Below the pieces are notes generated by a model that did no database searches, was not told where the DNA came from, and saw nothing but the letters and a program-made list of their open reading frames with translations. A stretch of 64,000 nt of DNA from an uncultured virus (IMG/VR IMGVR_UViG_3300028586_000785). Lineage: Duplodnaviria > Heunggongvirae > Uroviricota > Caudoviricetes. Position 1 is the stretch's first letter. Each line of letters starts with the position of its first letter. Below are positions 40,152-51,181 of this stretch, piece by piece. The position numbers and the translations under genes were made by a program. The stretch is from IMG/VR virus record IMGVR_UViG_3300028586_000785; one strand, 5' to 3'.

Positions 40152-41453
40152 TTAGCGAGCGCCAGCAGCGGACTGCGTGCGCTTGTAGGACTTGCTGAGG
40201 AGACCAAGCTGGACGTAGACCGACTGGGGAAGCTCGTTCTCCTTCACACCGAACATCGGGATGATCTTGGAGGCGAGAACACCCGACATGACGAAGCCAG
40301 CAGCCTGGTGCTTGTCAGCGACCTTGACGAAGAAGTTCACGATGTCCTCGAAGTTCTTGACCGTCATGTAGTTCAGGACGTAGGCGAGCATGGCGTAAAC
40401 CTTGTCGGTACCGTACTGACCCCAGTCGTGCTTCTCGTCCTTAGCCATACGAAGAAGCTCGTCGGCGGACGGGAAGTTCAGGGCGCTGTCCCAGGTCTTG
40501 AAGGCGGCACCCTGGTCGAGACCGATGATGGAGGCGATGGTCATGTCGCGAACAACACGGTCCTCAGCGTCGGTGTAAGCCAGAGCCTGAGCGAGCTTGG
40601 TCCACGTACGACGCGAAGCCCAAGCCTTACCCGACTTCTCGGGGTTGCTGTCCACGACAGGCGAGATAGCAGTCATGTTCGTGAAGAGGTAACCGCTCAG
40701 ACGAGCAAGCTCAGCCTTGAAGTTGTTGTTGAGGGTAGCAACTTCCTCAGCCGGAAGACCCTTCGTGTTGGGAAGGGGCTTGCCGAAGTTGGTACGGAAG
40801 CCGTCAACCCAGTCAGCGTTCGGGAGGCTGAACTTGTGGTGAGCGAAGCGGTTGGCGAACGGCGGGGAGAGGTACTGACCGTTGGCAGCCTGGTCGATGT
40901 CGTTACCAGCGGCGACGAAGCGAACCTCGTCGGGCAGACGAACACCATCGATCTCGCGCTCCTCAACAACGGAGAGCATCGAAGCCTGAACGTCCTCACC
41001 GATGGAACCGATCTCATCCCAGAAGATGATGGTCTTGGGGTTAGCCATCGCGAACTCGAACCAGTCGGGCAGAGCGTTGACGGTACGGGCACGGAGGGCG
41101 GCGAGGCGCTGGTGCTCGGTGAGGTTCTCGTCCTCGGTGATCTCCTTGATCTTCTCGTCCGAGGGACGGACGACAATCGGGATACCTTCGAGGAAGGTAG
41201 GCTCCTTACGCGAACCGATGACCACCTGGACCTTGTACCCGAGCTTCTGGGCGATGGCGAACACGGTCTGGGTCTTACCGGAGCCGGGAGGACCCCACAG
41301 AATCGGGGGGATACCCGCACGGATCATGGTCTCGATGTAGACCTGCTGGGCGTGACCCTCATCGGAGGAAGCGAACCACGTCTCGGACGCGAAGGTGGGG
41401 GAGACGGTCTCGACGGTCTTGGTGGCAGTGGCGAGGTTGATGCTACCGGACAT
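40152..41453 (-). CDS. MoxR-like AAA+ ATPase (copy 2, canonical)
   Basis: LWGPPGSGKT, IFWDEI..DVQASML, FVAAGN, LSPPFANRFAH, SRRTW; strongly C/G-ending codons. Confidence 0.9.
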   Translation of the reverse strand: MSGSINLATATKTVETVSPTFASETWFASSDEGHAQQVYIETMIRAGIPPILWGPPGSGKTQTVFAIAQKLGYKVQVVIGSRKEPTFLEGIPIVVRPSDEKIKEITEDENLTEHQRLAALRARTVNALPDWFEFAMANPKTIIFWDEIGSIGEDVQASMLSVVEEREIDGVRLPDEVRFVAAGNDIDQAANGQYLSPPFANRFAHHKFSLPNADWVDGFRTNFGKPLPNTKGLPAEEVATLNNNFKAELARLSGYLFTNMTAISPVVDSNPEKSGKAWASRRTWTKLAQALAYTDAEDRVVRDMTIASIIGLDQGAAFKTWDSALNFPSADELLRMAKDEKHDWGQYGTDKVYAMLAYVLNYMTVKNFEDIVNFFVKVADKHQAAGFVMSGVLASKIIPMFGVKENELPQSVYVQLGLLSKSYKRTQSAAGAR

Positions 41454-41481
41454 TTTGTTACTCTCTTTCGTATGTTTAGTG

Positions 41482-41524
41482 TGACTGACATTTATAGACT
41501 AACCGCTATCAAACGGCTTGTCAA
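41482..41524 (-). promoter_or_regulatory. Sigma-A-type promoter with TGTCAGTCA box at the predicted start site
   Basis: TTGACA (41519-24)-N17-TAGTCT (41496-501), then ATGTCAGTCA. Confidence 0.7.
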
Positions 41525-41548
41525 GTCGATTCGGAAACTTTTTCTGAA

Positions 41549-43015
41549 TTACTTGTCGGTGAGGTCGATCTTGACCTTGCGGAGGAAATCGGGGATTGCA
41601 TCGTAGTACTGCTCGGCACCAGCGAAAGAGACAATACCGCCGACGATGAACTCCGTCTTACCCTCGGGCTTCTCGCTCGGCCAGGGGGTCTCGTTGTCCG
41701 TGAGGACGATACCGACATCGACCTTCATCTCAGCGAGCTTGGTGAAAGCAACACGCATGTCGGTTCCACCGCCACCCACGAACTCGATCTCCGAAACGCG
41801 ACGGATGCGCTTGACATCCTTGACATTAGCGTCCACCGAGAAGATGTAGACGTTATCGACTCCACCACGGCGGATGATGTCGTTGACCTCGGTAAGCACG
41901 TACTGAAGGTTATCGAAGTTCGAGCCGGAAGAGTCGAAGGCAATACCCACGTTGATGCGGTGAGCCTTACGCTTCGGGAACATGATGTCATCGACAGGCT
42001 GGACACGACCAGGCATACGCGGGTTGGTGTGCGTACGACCCATCTTGGCACGACGCTGCGTCTGAGCGTACTCGCCACGAAGAACACTCTGCCAGCGAAT
42101 CTTCGGCGGAGCGAGGACGTTCTTAGCCCACTCCTTCACGAAGTTAGGCGTGGTACCGATACCCTTGGAACGATTGGTGCCCTCGCGGTCAGCAGCGTTC
42201 TGGATAGCCTTAGCAACCTCGCTACGAGCGTACTGGTGGTCCATCTCGCTACGCTCAGGAGCCTCACGACCGCTCGCCTCCTTGGGGTCGCTGCCACCGT
42301 GCTGAGCAGAACCGCAGTTGTCCAACTGGTTCTCATAAGGAGTGTCCATGCCGCTCTCACCACGACCAGCACCGGGCTGACCCTGCTGGGGCTGACCGGA
42401 ACCATCGCCAGGCTGACCCTGCTGGGGCTGACCCTGCTGACCCTGCCCCTGACCCTGCTGAGGCTGACCAGAGCCGTCGCCCTGCTGAGGCTGACCCTTC
42501 TGCTTGTTGCCGGACTTCTTCTGCTGGTCCTTGAACTTCTCCATGAGAAGGTCGTAGTAGTCCTCGGCGCGCAGACCATCCTTGAAACCGAACGTGCTGG
42601 GGTAGTAGATCTGCTTCATGACAGCCTTGGACTCGTCAGGAAGGTTCTGGTTGATCTCCATGTCGGTAGCCCAAGCCCAGAAGTCCTCGACGGAATGCTC
42701 AGCCTGACGACGGTTGAAGTGCTCGAAGAGGATGTGGTAGCACTCGTGAATCAGTCCACCAGAAGCCCACACGATTCCAAGCTCCATGACACGCTCGAAG
42801 TGGATGTAGACACGACCGCGCTTGTCCACCGCGAAGGTGAAACCCTCGCCCATCTCGTCGCCAACGGCAATCGGGTAGAGCGAGACAAGCTGCGAACGGA
42901 TGTAAGGGGCACCAACGCCGTTCGACATTGCGCGAATGGCAATGGTGTCGAAGAAGTCGCGCTGCTCGGACGTGAGCTTGCGGTAGCTGTTGCCGCTGCT
43001 GATGATGCTTCCCAT
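41549..43015 (-). CDS. DUF2201-like metallopeptidase/VWA protein (copy 2, canonical)
   Basis: Start re-called to MGSIISSG (GAAAGAGG RBS); TFAVD, HECYH (HExxH), DMEINQ, AEDYY, Q/G-rich linker, VWA DSSGS, GGGGTD, LTD. Confidence 0.9.
   Translation of the reverse strand: MGSIISSGNSYRKLTSEQRDFFDTIAIRAMSNGVGAPYIRSQLVSLYPIAVGDEMGEGFTFAVDKRGRVYIHFERVMELGIVWASGGLIHECYHILFEHFNRRQAEHSVEDFWAWATDMEINQNLPDESKAVMKQIYYPSTFGFKDGLRAEDYYDLLMEKFKDQQKKSGNKQKGQPQQGDGSGQPQQGQGQGQQGQPQQGQPGDGSGQPQQGQPGAGRGESGMDTPYENQLDNCGSAQHGGSDPKEASGREAPERSEMDHQYARSEVAKAIQNAADREGTNRSKGIGTTPNFVKEWAKNVLAPPKIRWQSVLRGEYAQTQRRAKMGRTHTNPRMPGRVQPVDDIMFPKRKAHRINVGIAFDSSGSNFDNLQYVLTEVNDIIRRGGVDNVYIFSVDANVKDVKRIRRVSEIEFVGGGGTDMRVAFTKLAEMKVDVGIVLTDNETPWPSEKPEGKTEFIVGGIVSFAGAEQYYDAIPDFLRKVKIDLTDK
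42374..42500 (-). repeat. Coding tandem repeats (GQPQQG / GDGSGQPQQG)
   Basis: Imperfect GGCTGACCCTGCTG units repeated within the linker. Confidence 0.8.
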
Positions 43016-43037
43016 GATTTCCTCTTTCTGGTGAGTA

Positions 43038-43084
43038 ACTGACTGACAATAAGAAAGGTACCACAGATGAAGAGGTCGTGTCAA
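43038..43084 (-). promoter_or_regulatory. Sigma-A-type promoter with TGTCAGTCAGT box at the predicted start site
   Basis: TTGACA (43079-84)-N18-TACCTT (43055-60) with extended -10 TG, then TGTCAGTCAGT (43038-48). Confidence 0.7.
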
Positions 43085-43089
43085 ACGGG

Positions 43090-44175
43090 TTATCCCATTA
43101 TTTTCTGCATCCATCTTCTGTTGCGTTGTCTACGCTGCCAGCGCCTCAATTCTCTTGCGTAATCGGCATCTGCATCGCGAGGATAATCAACAGGATTAGT
43201 GATCTCGGAGATGACCTGTGCCATGAATCCACCGGAAGCGCCCTTAAGAAGGTCTCTAAGACCCCAATCCTTGCTGATCTTACCATCTTCGTCTTCTGCT
43301 TTGCGAACCGTGTTAGCTCCTTGCATGGTGGACTTGGTGATGTAGTACGCAGAAACTAGGTAACGCGATCTAGGGTACTTGGAAACAAGAGCCATTTTGA
43401 TGGCATCCTTTAGCTCTCTTTTGAGTGCCTCAATTTCAGCATTGGTTCTTGGGTGCTTCTTTTCGTCGATAACCTTACGGTGCCCCTTGGGTAGCTCGCC
43501 ATCTTCATCCAACTCTTCCTTTGAGACAATGAACTCAGCTTCCTCTTCATCCCCTCCGATGCGCGAAGCAGTAACAATCACCTCATCAGCGACAACACCA
43601 TCCTTCATAGATGTGGCAGCAAAATCACCTTCATGGGCGCTATCGAAAGCCTCTGCCGAGAGTACGTACGATTCATCTTCGTAGACGGTTTCGCCTGTAA
43701 TTTCGGTGTACTCGCGAGGGCGGAAGTCTCTAAGTACTTCGGCGGCTTGCTCTGCTGCTTCATCACCAAAGTCTTCTGGGAATGTGTAGGGGATTACAGC
43801 CCAGCTAGCACCAGATGCAGAGTACCAACCATCACCTTCTTCGACGTTCCACCTATCATCTACCTCTTCTTGCCTTGCGGGAGAAAGGAATACACCCTTA
43901 CCCTCATCGGTCGATACAACATAGATGCCCTGTCGAACTTCTTCGACGTTGGTAGGCTTACCCCAAGGTGAGTCTTTGATGGAGTCCTTACTGAACCCAG
44001 CAGAATAGAAGTTGGTACCCATTACCGTGTTTGGGGAAGTAGGGATTTTTGCCAACTGTGAACCTGATAGGTCGTCACGACGAATCCACACGCGGGTCTG
44101 GCGACCATTCCTATCGACTCTTGGGACAAGAATTAGACCTGCACGAGTAATGTGAGGTGATGATTTCGTTGGCAT
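43090..44175 (-). CDS. Hypothetical protein: N-terminal VDRNG tag plus a divergent DUF7007-like domain
   Basis: SPWG...GIYVVST..GVFLS...GWY...WAVIPYTFP...LRDFRP.EY..ITG resembles the plasmid DUF7007 pattern as recalled. Confidence 0.6.
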   Translation of the reverse strand: MPTKSSPHITRAGLILVPRVDRNGRQTRVWIRRDDLSGSQLAKIPTSPNTVMGTNFYSAGFSKDSIKDSPWGKPTNVEEVRQGIYVVSTDEGKGVFLSPARQEEVDDRWNVEEGDGWYSASGASWAVIPYTFPEDFGDEAAEQAAEVLRDFRPREYTEITGETVYEDESYVLSAEAFDSAHEGDFAATSMKDGVVADEVIVTASRIGGDEEEAEFIVSKEELDEDGELPKGHRKVIDEKKHPRTNAEIEALKRELKDAIKMALVSKYPRSRYLVSAYYITKSTMQGANTVRKAEDEDGKISKDWGLRDLLKGASGGFMAQVISEITNPVDYPRDADADYARELRRWQRRQRNRRWMQKIMG

Positions 44176-44196
44176 ACTAGAACCTTTCTAGTACCT

Positions 44197-44218
44197 ACTA
44201 TCCCATGTAGGTACGACA
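44197..44218 (-). promoter_or_regulatory. Possible RecA-NDp/PafBC-like promoter
   Basis: Minus strand TGTCGT-acctacatgg-GATAGT (one -10 mismatch). Confidence 0.4.
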
Positions 44219-44295
44219 TCGACAGAAGGTTTCAAATACCTCTTGCGCGCTACGAGTGCCAGATGTAGACTTCAGCCCGATTTAGGAGATTTGTA

Positions 44296-45030
44296 ATGGC
44301 AGAAGTTCGTTCGGTATCATCGACAGGTGGAGAGAAGGGTGTCAAGGTTCAGGCTTACGACAAGATTCCCCCTAGTGCTCTCATTGAGCTAGCTAAGTTG
44401 TATGGCGTTGGTGCACTCAAGTATGCCGACCATAACTTCCGCAGAGGTTACGAGTGGAGGAAGTCATACGCAAGCTTGCAGCGTCACGCCAATCTATTCT
44501 GGTCTGGTGAAGACATTGATCTAGAAATGAACGTCAGCCACATGGCATCTGTCGCCTGGCATGGCTTTGCGCTTACTGAGTTCTTCTTCACCTTCCAGAA
44601 GTTTGATGATAGACCGGTTGCTCCTATTCATGTCGAACACGACTTCGAAGTTGGTGTCATCGAGTCCAAGGACTATCCCGCCAAACATCAGGATACCGTT
44701 GTGCGGGCAGTGGGCGAAGTAGAGCCACGATTTGATCTGCTGCCTCAGCGACCTTTGGCTGAACTTGCGCGCTTCTATGGCGAAGATGCTGCCGAGCCGG
44801 TGACGGACTATGGTAGAGCATGGAGTGATGAATACGCGAGACTACAGGAACATTCTGTAAGGTTCTGGGCTGGCGAAAACTACTTCCCCGCCACTGGTCA
44901 TCTCAATAGTGTGCACATTACGCACCACGCATTCAACCTAATCGAACTGTCGCAGCGTTTCGTTGATTACGATGACAGACTCATTGAAGGTGCCGCCCCT
45001 ATCGGCTTTACCTCACTACCCAACAAGTAA
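44296..45030 (+). CDS. dATP/dGTP diphosphohydrolase-domain (DUF5664-like) protein, internally duplicated
   Basis: GGEKG...YDKIP..AL.ELAKLYGVGALKYADHNFRRG..W...SLQRH..FWSGEDID...SHMASVAWH; second degenerate copy RFDLLP..LAELARFYG...FWAGE. Confidence 0.8.
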   Translation: MAEVRSVSSTGGEKGVKVQAYDKIPPSALIELAKLYGVGALKYADHNFRRGYEWRKSYASLQRHANLFWSGEDIDLEMNVSHMASVAWHGFALTEFFFTFQKFDDRPVAPIHVEHDFEVGVIESKDYPAKHQDTVVRAVGEVEPRFDLLPQRPLAELARFYGEDAAEPVTDYGRAWSDEYARLQEHSVRFWAGENYFPATGHLNSVHITHHAFNLIELSQRFVDYDDRLIEGAAPIGFTSLPNK

Positions 45031-45039
45031 AGCCTCAAG

Positions 45040-45077
45040 CTAAGAAAGCCCCCGATTGATTTCGGGGGCTTTCTTAG
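45040..45077. terminator. Bidirectional terminator between convergent genes
   Basis: CTAAGAAAGCCCCCGA / TCGGGGGCTTTCTTAG 16-bp inverted repeat. Confidence 0.85.
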
Positions 45078-45086
45078 TTGATGGGG

Positions 45087-46166
<1,080 letters not shown>

Positions 46167-46170
46167 CTAT

Positions 46171-48390
46171 TTACAGGGTGCAGGAAACGCAACCCTCAAC
46201 TTCGGTACCTTCAAGCGCAAGCTGACGAAGACGAATGTAGTAAAGGGTCTTGATGCCCTTTCTCCATGCGTAAATCTGAGCCTTGTTGATGTCACGAGTT
46301 GTAGCTGTATCCATGAAGAACAGCGTGAGAGAAAGACCCTGGTCTACGTGCTGTGTTGCAGCAGCGTAAGTGTCGATGATCTTTTCGTAACCAATCTCGT
46401 AAGCGTCCTGGTAGAACTCAACATTATCGTTCGTCATGTGAGGTGCGGGGAAGTAAACACGACCCAGCTTGCCTTCCTTGCGAATCTCAATGGGAGCAGC
46501 AATCGGGTGGATTGACGAGGTGGAGTTGTTGATGTACGAGATGGAACCGGTGGGCGGAACAGCCTGTAGGTTCTGGTTGTAGATACCGTACTTCTGGACA
46601 GACTTAGAGAGCTTCTTCCAGTCTTCCTGCGTAGGAATCTTGACACCAGACTTCTCGAATAGCTCAGCTACACGTGCAGTAGCTGGCTTCCACTCATTGT
46701 CGATGTACTTGTTGAAGTACTCTCCCGTTGCGTACTTGGAATCCTCAAATCCGCCAAACACTTCACCCGTCTCCTTGGAGATGAGGTTGGATGCACGAAT
46801 TGCGTGGTAAGCAACAGTGTAGAAGTAGATGTTGGTGAAATCAATACCCTCTTCAGAACCGTAGAAGATGCGCTCTCGGGCAAGGTAACCGTGAAGGTTC
46901 ATCTGACCAAGACCAATGGCGTGAGATGACTTGTTACCGAACTCAATGGACGGCACAGAGCTAATGTCACTCATGTCAGAAACAGCGCTCAATGCACGGA
47001 CTGAGGTCTCAATGGTCTTCGAGAAGTCAGGCGAGTCCATAGCCATTGCGATGTTGAGCGAACCAAGGTTGCAAGAGATGTCCTTACCGGTGATGTTGTA
47101 GCTACCATCGGCGTTGTACTCAGTAGGAGTATTGACCTGGAGAATCTCAGAGCAGAGGTTAGACATGTTGATGCGACCCTTAATCGGGTTTGCACGGTTT
47201 ACGGTGTCTTCGAACATGACGTAGGGGTAACCCGACTCGAACTGAAGCTCAGCAAGCGTCTGGAAGAAATCACGAGCCTTGATCTTCGTCTTGGTGATTC
47301 GAGCGTCATCAACCATCTCGTGATACTTCTCGCTGACGGAGATGTCACCGAAAGGTAAACCATAGACATTCTCAACATCGTAAGGGGAGAAGAGGTACAT
47401 GTCCTCATCCTTCTTAGCAAGCTCGAACGTAATGTCGGGAATGACAACACCAAGAGAAAGTGTCTTGATGCGGATCTTCTCGTCAGCGTTCTCACGCTTC
47501 GTGTCGAGGAACTTCATGATGTCGGGGTGGTGAGCGTTGAGGTACACGGCACCGGCACCCTGACGAGCACCAAGCTGGTTTGCGTAAGAGAATGCGTCTT
47601 CGAGCATCTTCATGACGGGGATAAGACCGCTGGACTGGTTTGCAATCTTCTTGATGGGCGCGCCAGTCTCTCGTAGGTTGGAGAGATTTAGTGCAACTCC
47701 ACCGCCGCGCTTAGAAAGCTGTAGCGAAGAGGTAATTGCGCGAGAGATGGACTCCATGTTGTCTTCGATGCGAAGAAGGAAGCAAGAAACAAGCTCGCCG
47801 CGCTGCTTCTTTCCGGCATTCAGGAAGGTGGGTGTAGCGGGCTGGAAACGACCGCTGATGATCTCAGTAACGAGTTCAGAAGCAAGCTTCTCATCACCAC
47901 GCGCGAGGTAAAGAGCAGTGATACACACTCTGTCCTCAAAACGCTCCAAGTAGTTCTCACCATCGAAGGACTTCAAGGTGTAAGAGGTGTAGTACTTCAA
48001 AGCACCCAAGAACGAGGGGAAACGGAACTTGTAGTCGTAAGCCTGCTTGAAGAGCTTCTTGACGAAGCTGAAGTCATACTGCTCGATAACCGCCGCCTCG
48101 TAATACTCTTCCTCGATCAGGTAACCAATCTTCTCTTCGAGGTCATGGAAGAAACGCATCTTGCTGTTTACGTGGTCAAGGAAGTAACGGCGAACCGCAA
48201 CCTTGTCCATATCAAACTGGATCTTCCCATCCTTATCGTAGAGATTGAGCATGGCGTTGATTGCGTGGTAATCCAGACCATCAGTGATCTTTGCAATCTC
48301 TTGTGCCCGGTCGTCAATCTCTGCTGCATCGATGGGAGCGATCTTTCTGAAAGACGCTCCCTCATTCTTACTGTCTACTGTTGTTGCCAA
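46171..48390 (-). CDS. nrdE: Class Ib ribonucleotide reductase alpha subunit
   Basis: [50 protein letters not shown]-terminal CVSC. Confidence 0.97.
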   Translation of the reverse strand: MATTVDSKNEGASFRKIAPIDAAEIDDRAQEIAKITDGLDYHAINAMLNLYDKDGKIQFDMDKVAVRRYFLDHVNSKMRFFHDLEEKIGYLIEEEYYEAAVIEQYDFSFVKKLFKQAYDYKFRFPSFLGALKYYTSYTLKSFDGENYLERFEDRVCITALYLARGDEKLASELVTEIISGRFQPATPTFLNAGKKQRGELVSCFLLRIEDNMESISRAITSSLQLSKRGGGVALNLSNLRETGAPIKKIANQSSGLIPVMKMLEDAFSYANQLGARQGAGAVYLNAHHPDIMKFLDTKRENADEKIRIKTLSLGVVIPDITFELAKKDEDMYLFSPYDVENVYGLPFGDISVSEKYHEMVDDARITKTKIKARDFFQTLAELQFESGYPYVMFEDTVNRANPIKGRINMSNLCSEILQVNTPTEYNADGSYNITGKDISCNLGSLNIAMAMDSPDFSKTIETSVRALSAVSDMSDISSVPSIEFGNKSSHAIGLGQMNLHGYLARERIFYGSEEGIDFTNIYFYTVAYHAIRASNLISKETGEVFGGFEDSKYATGEYFNKYIDNEWKPATARVAELFEKSGVKIPTQEDWKKLSKSVQKYGIYNQNLQAVPPTGSISYINNSTSSIHPIAAPIEIRKEGKLGRVYFPAPHMTNDNVEFYQDAYEIGYEKIIDTYAAATQHVDQGLSLTLFFMDTATTRDINKAQIYAWRKGIKTLYYIRLRQLALEGTEVEGCVSCTL

Positions 48391-48830
48391 AATTCTTTCA
48401 ACCCTTCCTGGACTTGCTCTACGTCGTTGATCGTACCCATAAGTTCAAATCGATAAAGTACGGGTACGTTGCACTTATCGCTAATGACACTACCTGCTGC
48501 GCAGTAAGCCTCACCGAAGTTTCTATTGCCTGCGGGAATGACACCCCGTAAATGTTTTCTGTTGCCTTCCTCGTTGAGGAACTTGATTACCTGTTTGGGA
48601 ACAGCACTATCAACCTTTCCTGTTTCGGGGTTGATTTCTCCACCATAGGTAGGCACGACCAAAACAAAGGGCGAGTCGACAAATAGCGGTGATTCTGTGC
48701 GCTTCAAAGGGATTCGTACGGAATCCATTTCGAGCTTCTCCACAAACCTTTTCGTGTTCTCCGAAACAGAGGAAAAGTAAACGAGATTAGGTGTTGGTGA
48801 AGCATCTACTTCTGTAAGAGCAAGAGACAT
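48375..48830 (-). CDS. nrdI: Flavodoxin NrdI
   Basis: [44 protein letters not shown]. Confidence 0.95.
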   Translation of the reverse strand: MSLALTEVDASPTPNLVYFSSVSENTKRFVEKLEMDSVRIPLKRTESPLFVDSPFVLVVPTYGGEINPETGKVDSAVPKQVIKFLNEEGNRKHLRGVIPAGNRNFGEAYCAAGSVISDKCNVPVLYRFELMGTINDVEQVQEGLKEFWQQQ

Positions 48831-48859
48831 TTCTACCTTTCATAACCTAGTGGTGGGGA

Positions 48860-48949
48860 CACAAAAGCCAAGCCTGAAATGATGCTTTGGCTTGGCTTAA
48901 ATCCCTACCGGAACCTCGTGTTCGTCAAGTGTACAACCCTTCCCGGACA
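48860..48949 (-). promoter_or_regulatory. nrdIEF leader: RecA-NDp-like promoter followed by a terminator-like hairpin
   Basis: tTGTCCG-ggaagggttg-TACACT (48928-48949); AAGCCAAGCC/GGCTTGGCTT stem (48865-48898) followed by TTGTGT. Confidence 0.45.
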
Positions 48950-49021
48950 ACGCAATAGGTTACCGACACATTGCTAAAAACAAGTTCTTCGGTACAGTGA
49001 AACTATGTCATCGGAGACCAG

Positions 49022-49050
49022 TTGACAACCTACTTGACTTGATGTATGGT
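49022..49050 (+). promoter_or_regulatory. Sigma-A-type promoter
   Basis: TTGACA-N17-TATGGT upstream of GAAAGGA RBS. Confidence 0.65.
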
Positions 49051-49077
49051 TGATTTAACTAGAAGAAAGGAACGATC

Positions 49078-49392
49078 ATGAAGCTCCGAAAGTACAGTAG
49101 CGACCCTAGCATTCGTCAAATGATGGGTGCCGCGTCTGACGTTCGCTTCACCGGTAGTGTTGTTCAGAAGATGAACGACGGAAAGACCGTTGTCATCAAC
49201 GTCTCTCTTCCTGACGTGGATGAGCCTGTGAAGACCACAGTCACAATGATTCCTCGACGGTTCAACAAGGTAAGCGTCTCTGATGTCATCGCCGGTACTG
49301 CTGACATCGTGCGTGATGGATCATCCGGTGAGTTCAGCGTAGCTCCGTCACTCTTCGTCGTGCGTGACCCTCGCGGAAGACAGATCGCCTAG
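49078..49392 (+). CDS. Hypothetical small beta-rich protein
   Basis: 104 aa with its own promoter and RBS. Confidence 0.75.
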   Translation: MKLRKYSSDPSIRQMMGAASDVRFTGSVVQKMNDGKTVVINVSLPDVDEPVKTTVTMIPRRFNKVSVSDVIAGTADIVRDGSSGEFSVAPSLFVVRDPRGRQIA

Positions 49393-50186
49393 ATAACAAC
49401 AAGGTCGTCTAAACCCAACTCCGAAGCACTCTCGGATACTTCTGTAAGAAGGCGGAGTTGAAGGTTAGACAAAGCCTCGTCGAGCGAAGAGAATTCCCTT
49501 TTGAAAACGGGGATCTCTTCGCTTTCGTCGTTAATCTTGTATACCTTGATTGCATCACCTTCGGCGGGGACATCGGCGCTAATCACCCAGTAACCACCTC
49601 TCGGCAGTTCAAGAGCGTTCAGGTCTTCTTCTGATGCATTTGGCGTACAAGCAATATAGGCAGTAAGGACATCATCTGTTGACGTGAAGTAGGAGATGTC
49701 AAAGAGATGAGTTCCGAATGAGTCGTGAATAACCTTGACTACCCCAGTGAAGAATTCAAGAAGCTCAGTATCCGCTCCCTTGATGATCGACACTTCGTAA
49801 CTAGAACCAGCCGCAAAATCGATTACGATTCGGTACTCACTACTAGTGTCCACAATCACTGACGTGAACTCCACATCGGGCGATACAGACTGGTAGGACA
49901 GAATAGACTCTGGTTGAGCAAAAGCAAGTCCAACAGCTTCGAGTGCGGGGTCAACTAGCGACTCACCGTCTTCAAATTTCATCAACCCTCGGTCGATAAG
50001 AGCTTGCGTCCCCCTCAACACTGTCTCTTCTGAGGGCGGATAGCTGTCTGAAATCTTCTCGTGGTCTTCTAGGTCGCTAAGTAGACCCATCACCCTGAGC
50101 GAAGACCAAAGAACCTTGTCAGGAACGGTGTTGACAAGTAATGCTACTAGCTCGTTACCGCTTAGTCGGAATGGTGTTACGCTCAA
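49389..50186 (-). CDS. EspG-like protein, paralog 3
   Basis: FRLSGNELVAL...QALIDRGLM..DGESLVDPALEAVGLAFAQP. Confidence 0.5.
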   Translation of the reverse strand: MSVTPFRLSGNELVALLVNTVPDKVLWSSLRVMGLLSDLEDHEKISDSYPPSEETVLRGTQALIDRGLMKFEDGESLVDPALEAVGLAFAQPESILSYQSVSPDVEFTSVIVDTSSEYRIVIDFAAGSSYEVSIIKGADTELLEFFTGVVKVIHDSFGTHLFDISYFTSTDDVLTAYIACTPNASEEDLNALELPRGGYWVISADVPAEGDAIKVYKINDESEEIPVFKREFSSLDEALSNLQLRLLTEVSESASELGLDDLVVI

Positions 50187-50188
50187 AA

Positions 50189-51181
50189 TCAGACCTCTGG
50201 ATCGTCTAGTGGTTGCTCGAACCCATCGCGCTTGGCAAGAGGAACATCAGAGAGTTTAGCGATGTATTTAGCTGCCTCGTCGATATTCGAGAAAGCAACC
50301 GATTCTTTGTTCGCTCGGGCATCAAGCAAGTCAACAGAGTTGACAGCAACAACGTAACCACCCTCTACCGGACTGTCATTTTCGTCAAGCAATGGAGTGT
50401 ACTCCACACCCTGAGTAGGCTCTTCAAATGCCGCTGTCCAGCGCCCGCTAGCATCAGCGAAAATTGCAGCATTGACTTCTATTCCTCCGGGGATCTTGAT
50501 GCCATACACGGCGGTCTTAGGTGCCTTAGGAGGGGTAACGTCATTGGCGACCTTGACTAGCTCAGACACAAAACCTGCTACAGACCCTGGAGCAACTAGC
50601 TGTAGGTCAAAAAGCATCGAGTTGAAATCATTGGGTGCGATGACAACACTGCCGTGCTCTGTGGCGATGATGGATGCGGTGTAAGCCGTGACGGGGTAGG
50701 AGAAACCATTCGGAGGTGTTTCGGGAACAGACTTCTCGGCAGCCTCAGCGCCCATGCGAACCGAAAGCTGCTTTACGAACTCTGCTCTCTGGTATTCAGC
50801 AAGCATCGTAAAGTTATGAATGACCCGATTGGGGTTGGTCAAAACCTGCAAGATGGGCTTGATGATGGGATTGGTGAACTCACCCTCATCGGAGATTAGA
50901 CCTCGTTCGCTCATAATCTGAACGCCCAGCCGCTTTGCCTTATCGGCAATCAGCTTGTTTCTCAGGATGGAGCCAGAATAGTTACGAGGAAGCTCATACT
51001 CGTCAGTTCTGTCCTCGAATGTCATGGCAGACTGAACTACCACGTTAGCAATGGGACCAAGAGCCGACAAAGACTCATCGATGATACTGACGATTGCATC
51101 TTCTCCAGGATTACCCTGAGTAAGAAGCAGTCCAGATAGCTCGTGAATATCGAGGTCGATAACGGATGTGTGCTTACTCAA
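50189..51181 (-). CDS. EspG-like protein, paralog 2
   Basis: IDLDIHELSGL...QIMSERGLISDEGEFTNPIIKPILQVLTNP. Confidence 0.5.
   Translation of the reverse strand: MSKHTSVIDLDIHELSGLLLTQGNPGEDAIVSIIDESLSALGPIANVVVQSAMTFEDRTDEYELPRNYSGSILRNKLIADKAKRLGVQIMSERGLISDEGEFTNPIIKPILQVLTNPNRVIHNFTMLAEYQRAEFVKQLSVRMGAEAAEKSVPETPPNGFSYPVTAYTASIIATEHGSVVIAPNDFNSMLFDLQLVAPGSVAGFVSELVKVANDVTPPKAPKTAVYGIKIPGGIEVNAAIFADASGRWTAAFEEPTQGVEYTPLLDENDSPVEGGYVVAVNSVDLLDARANKESVAFSNIDEAAKYIAKLSDVPLAKRDGFEQPLDDPEV

Noticed and set aside
40308..43042. Long plus-strand ORFs 40308..41606 and 41960..43042
   Set aside because: Antisense shadows of the strongly codon-biased AAA and VWA genes; no RBS or recognisable motifs
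48831..49020. Cobalamin riboswitch or NrdR boxes upstream of nrdI
   Set aside because: GGGAA is present but the other B12-element core motifs are not; no convincing NrdR-box pair by eye
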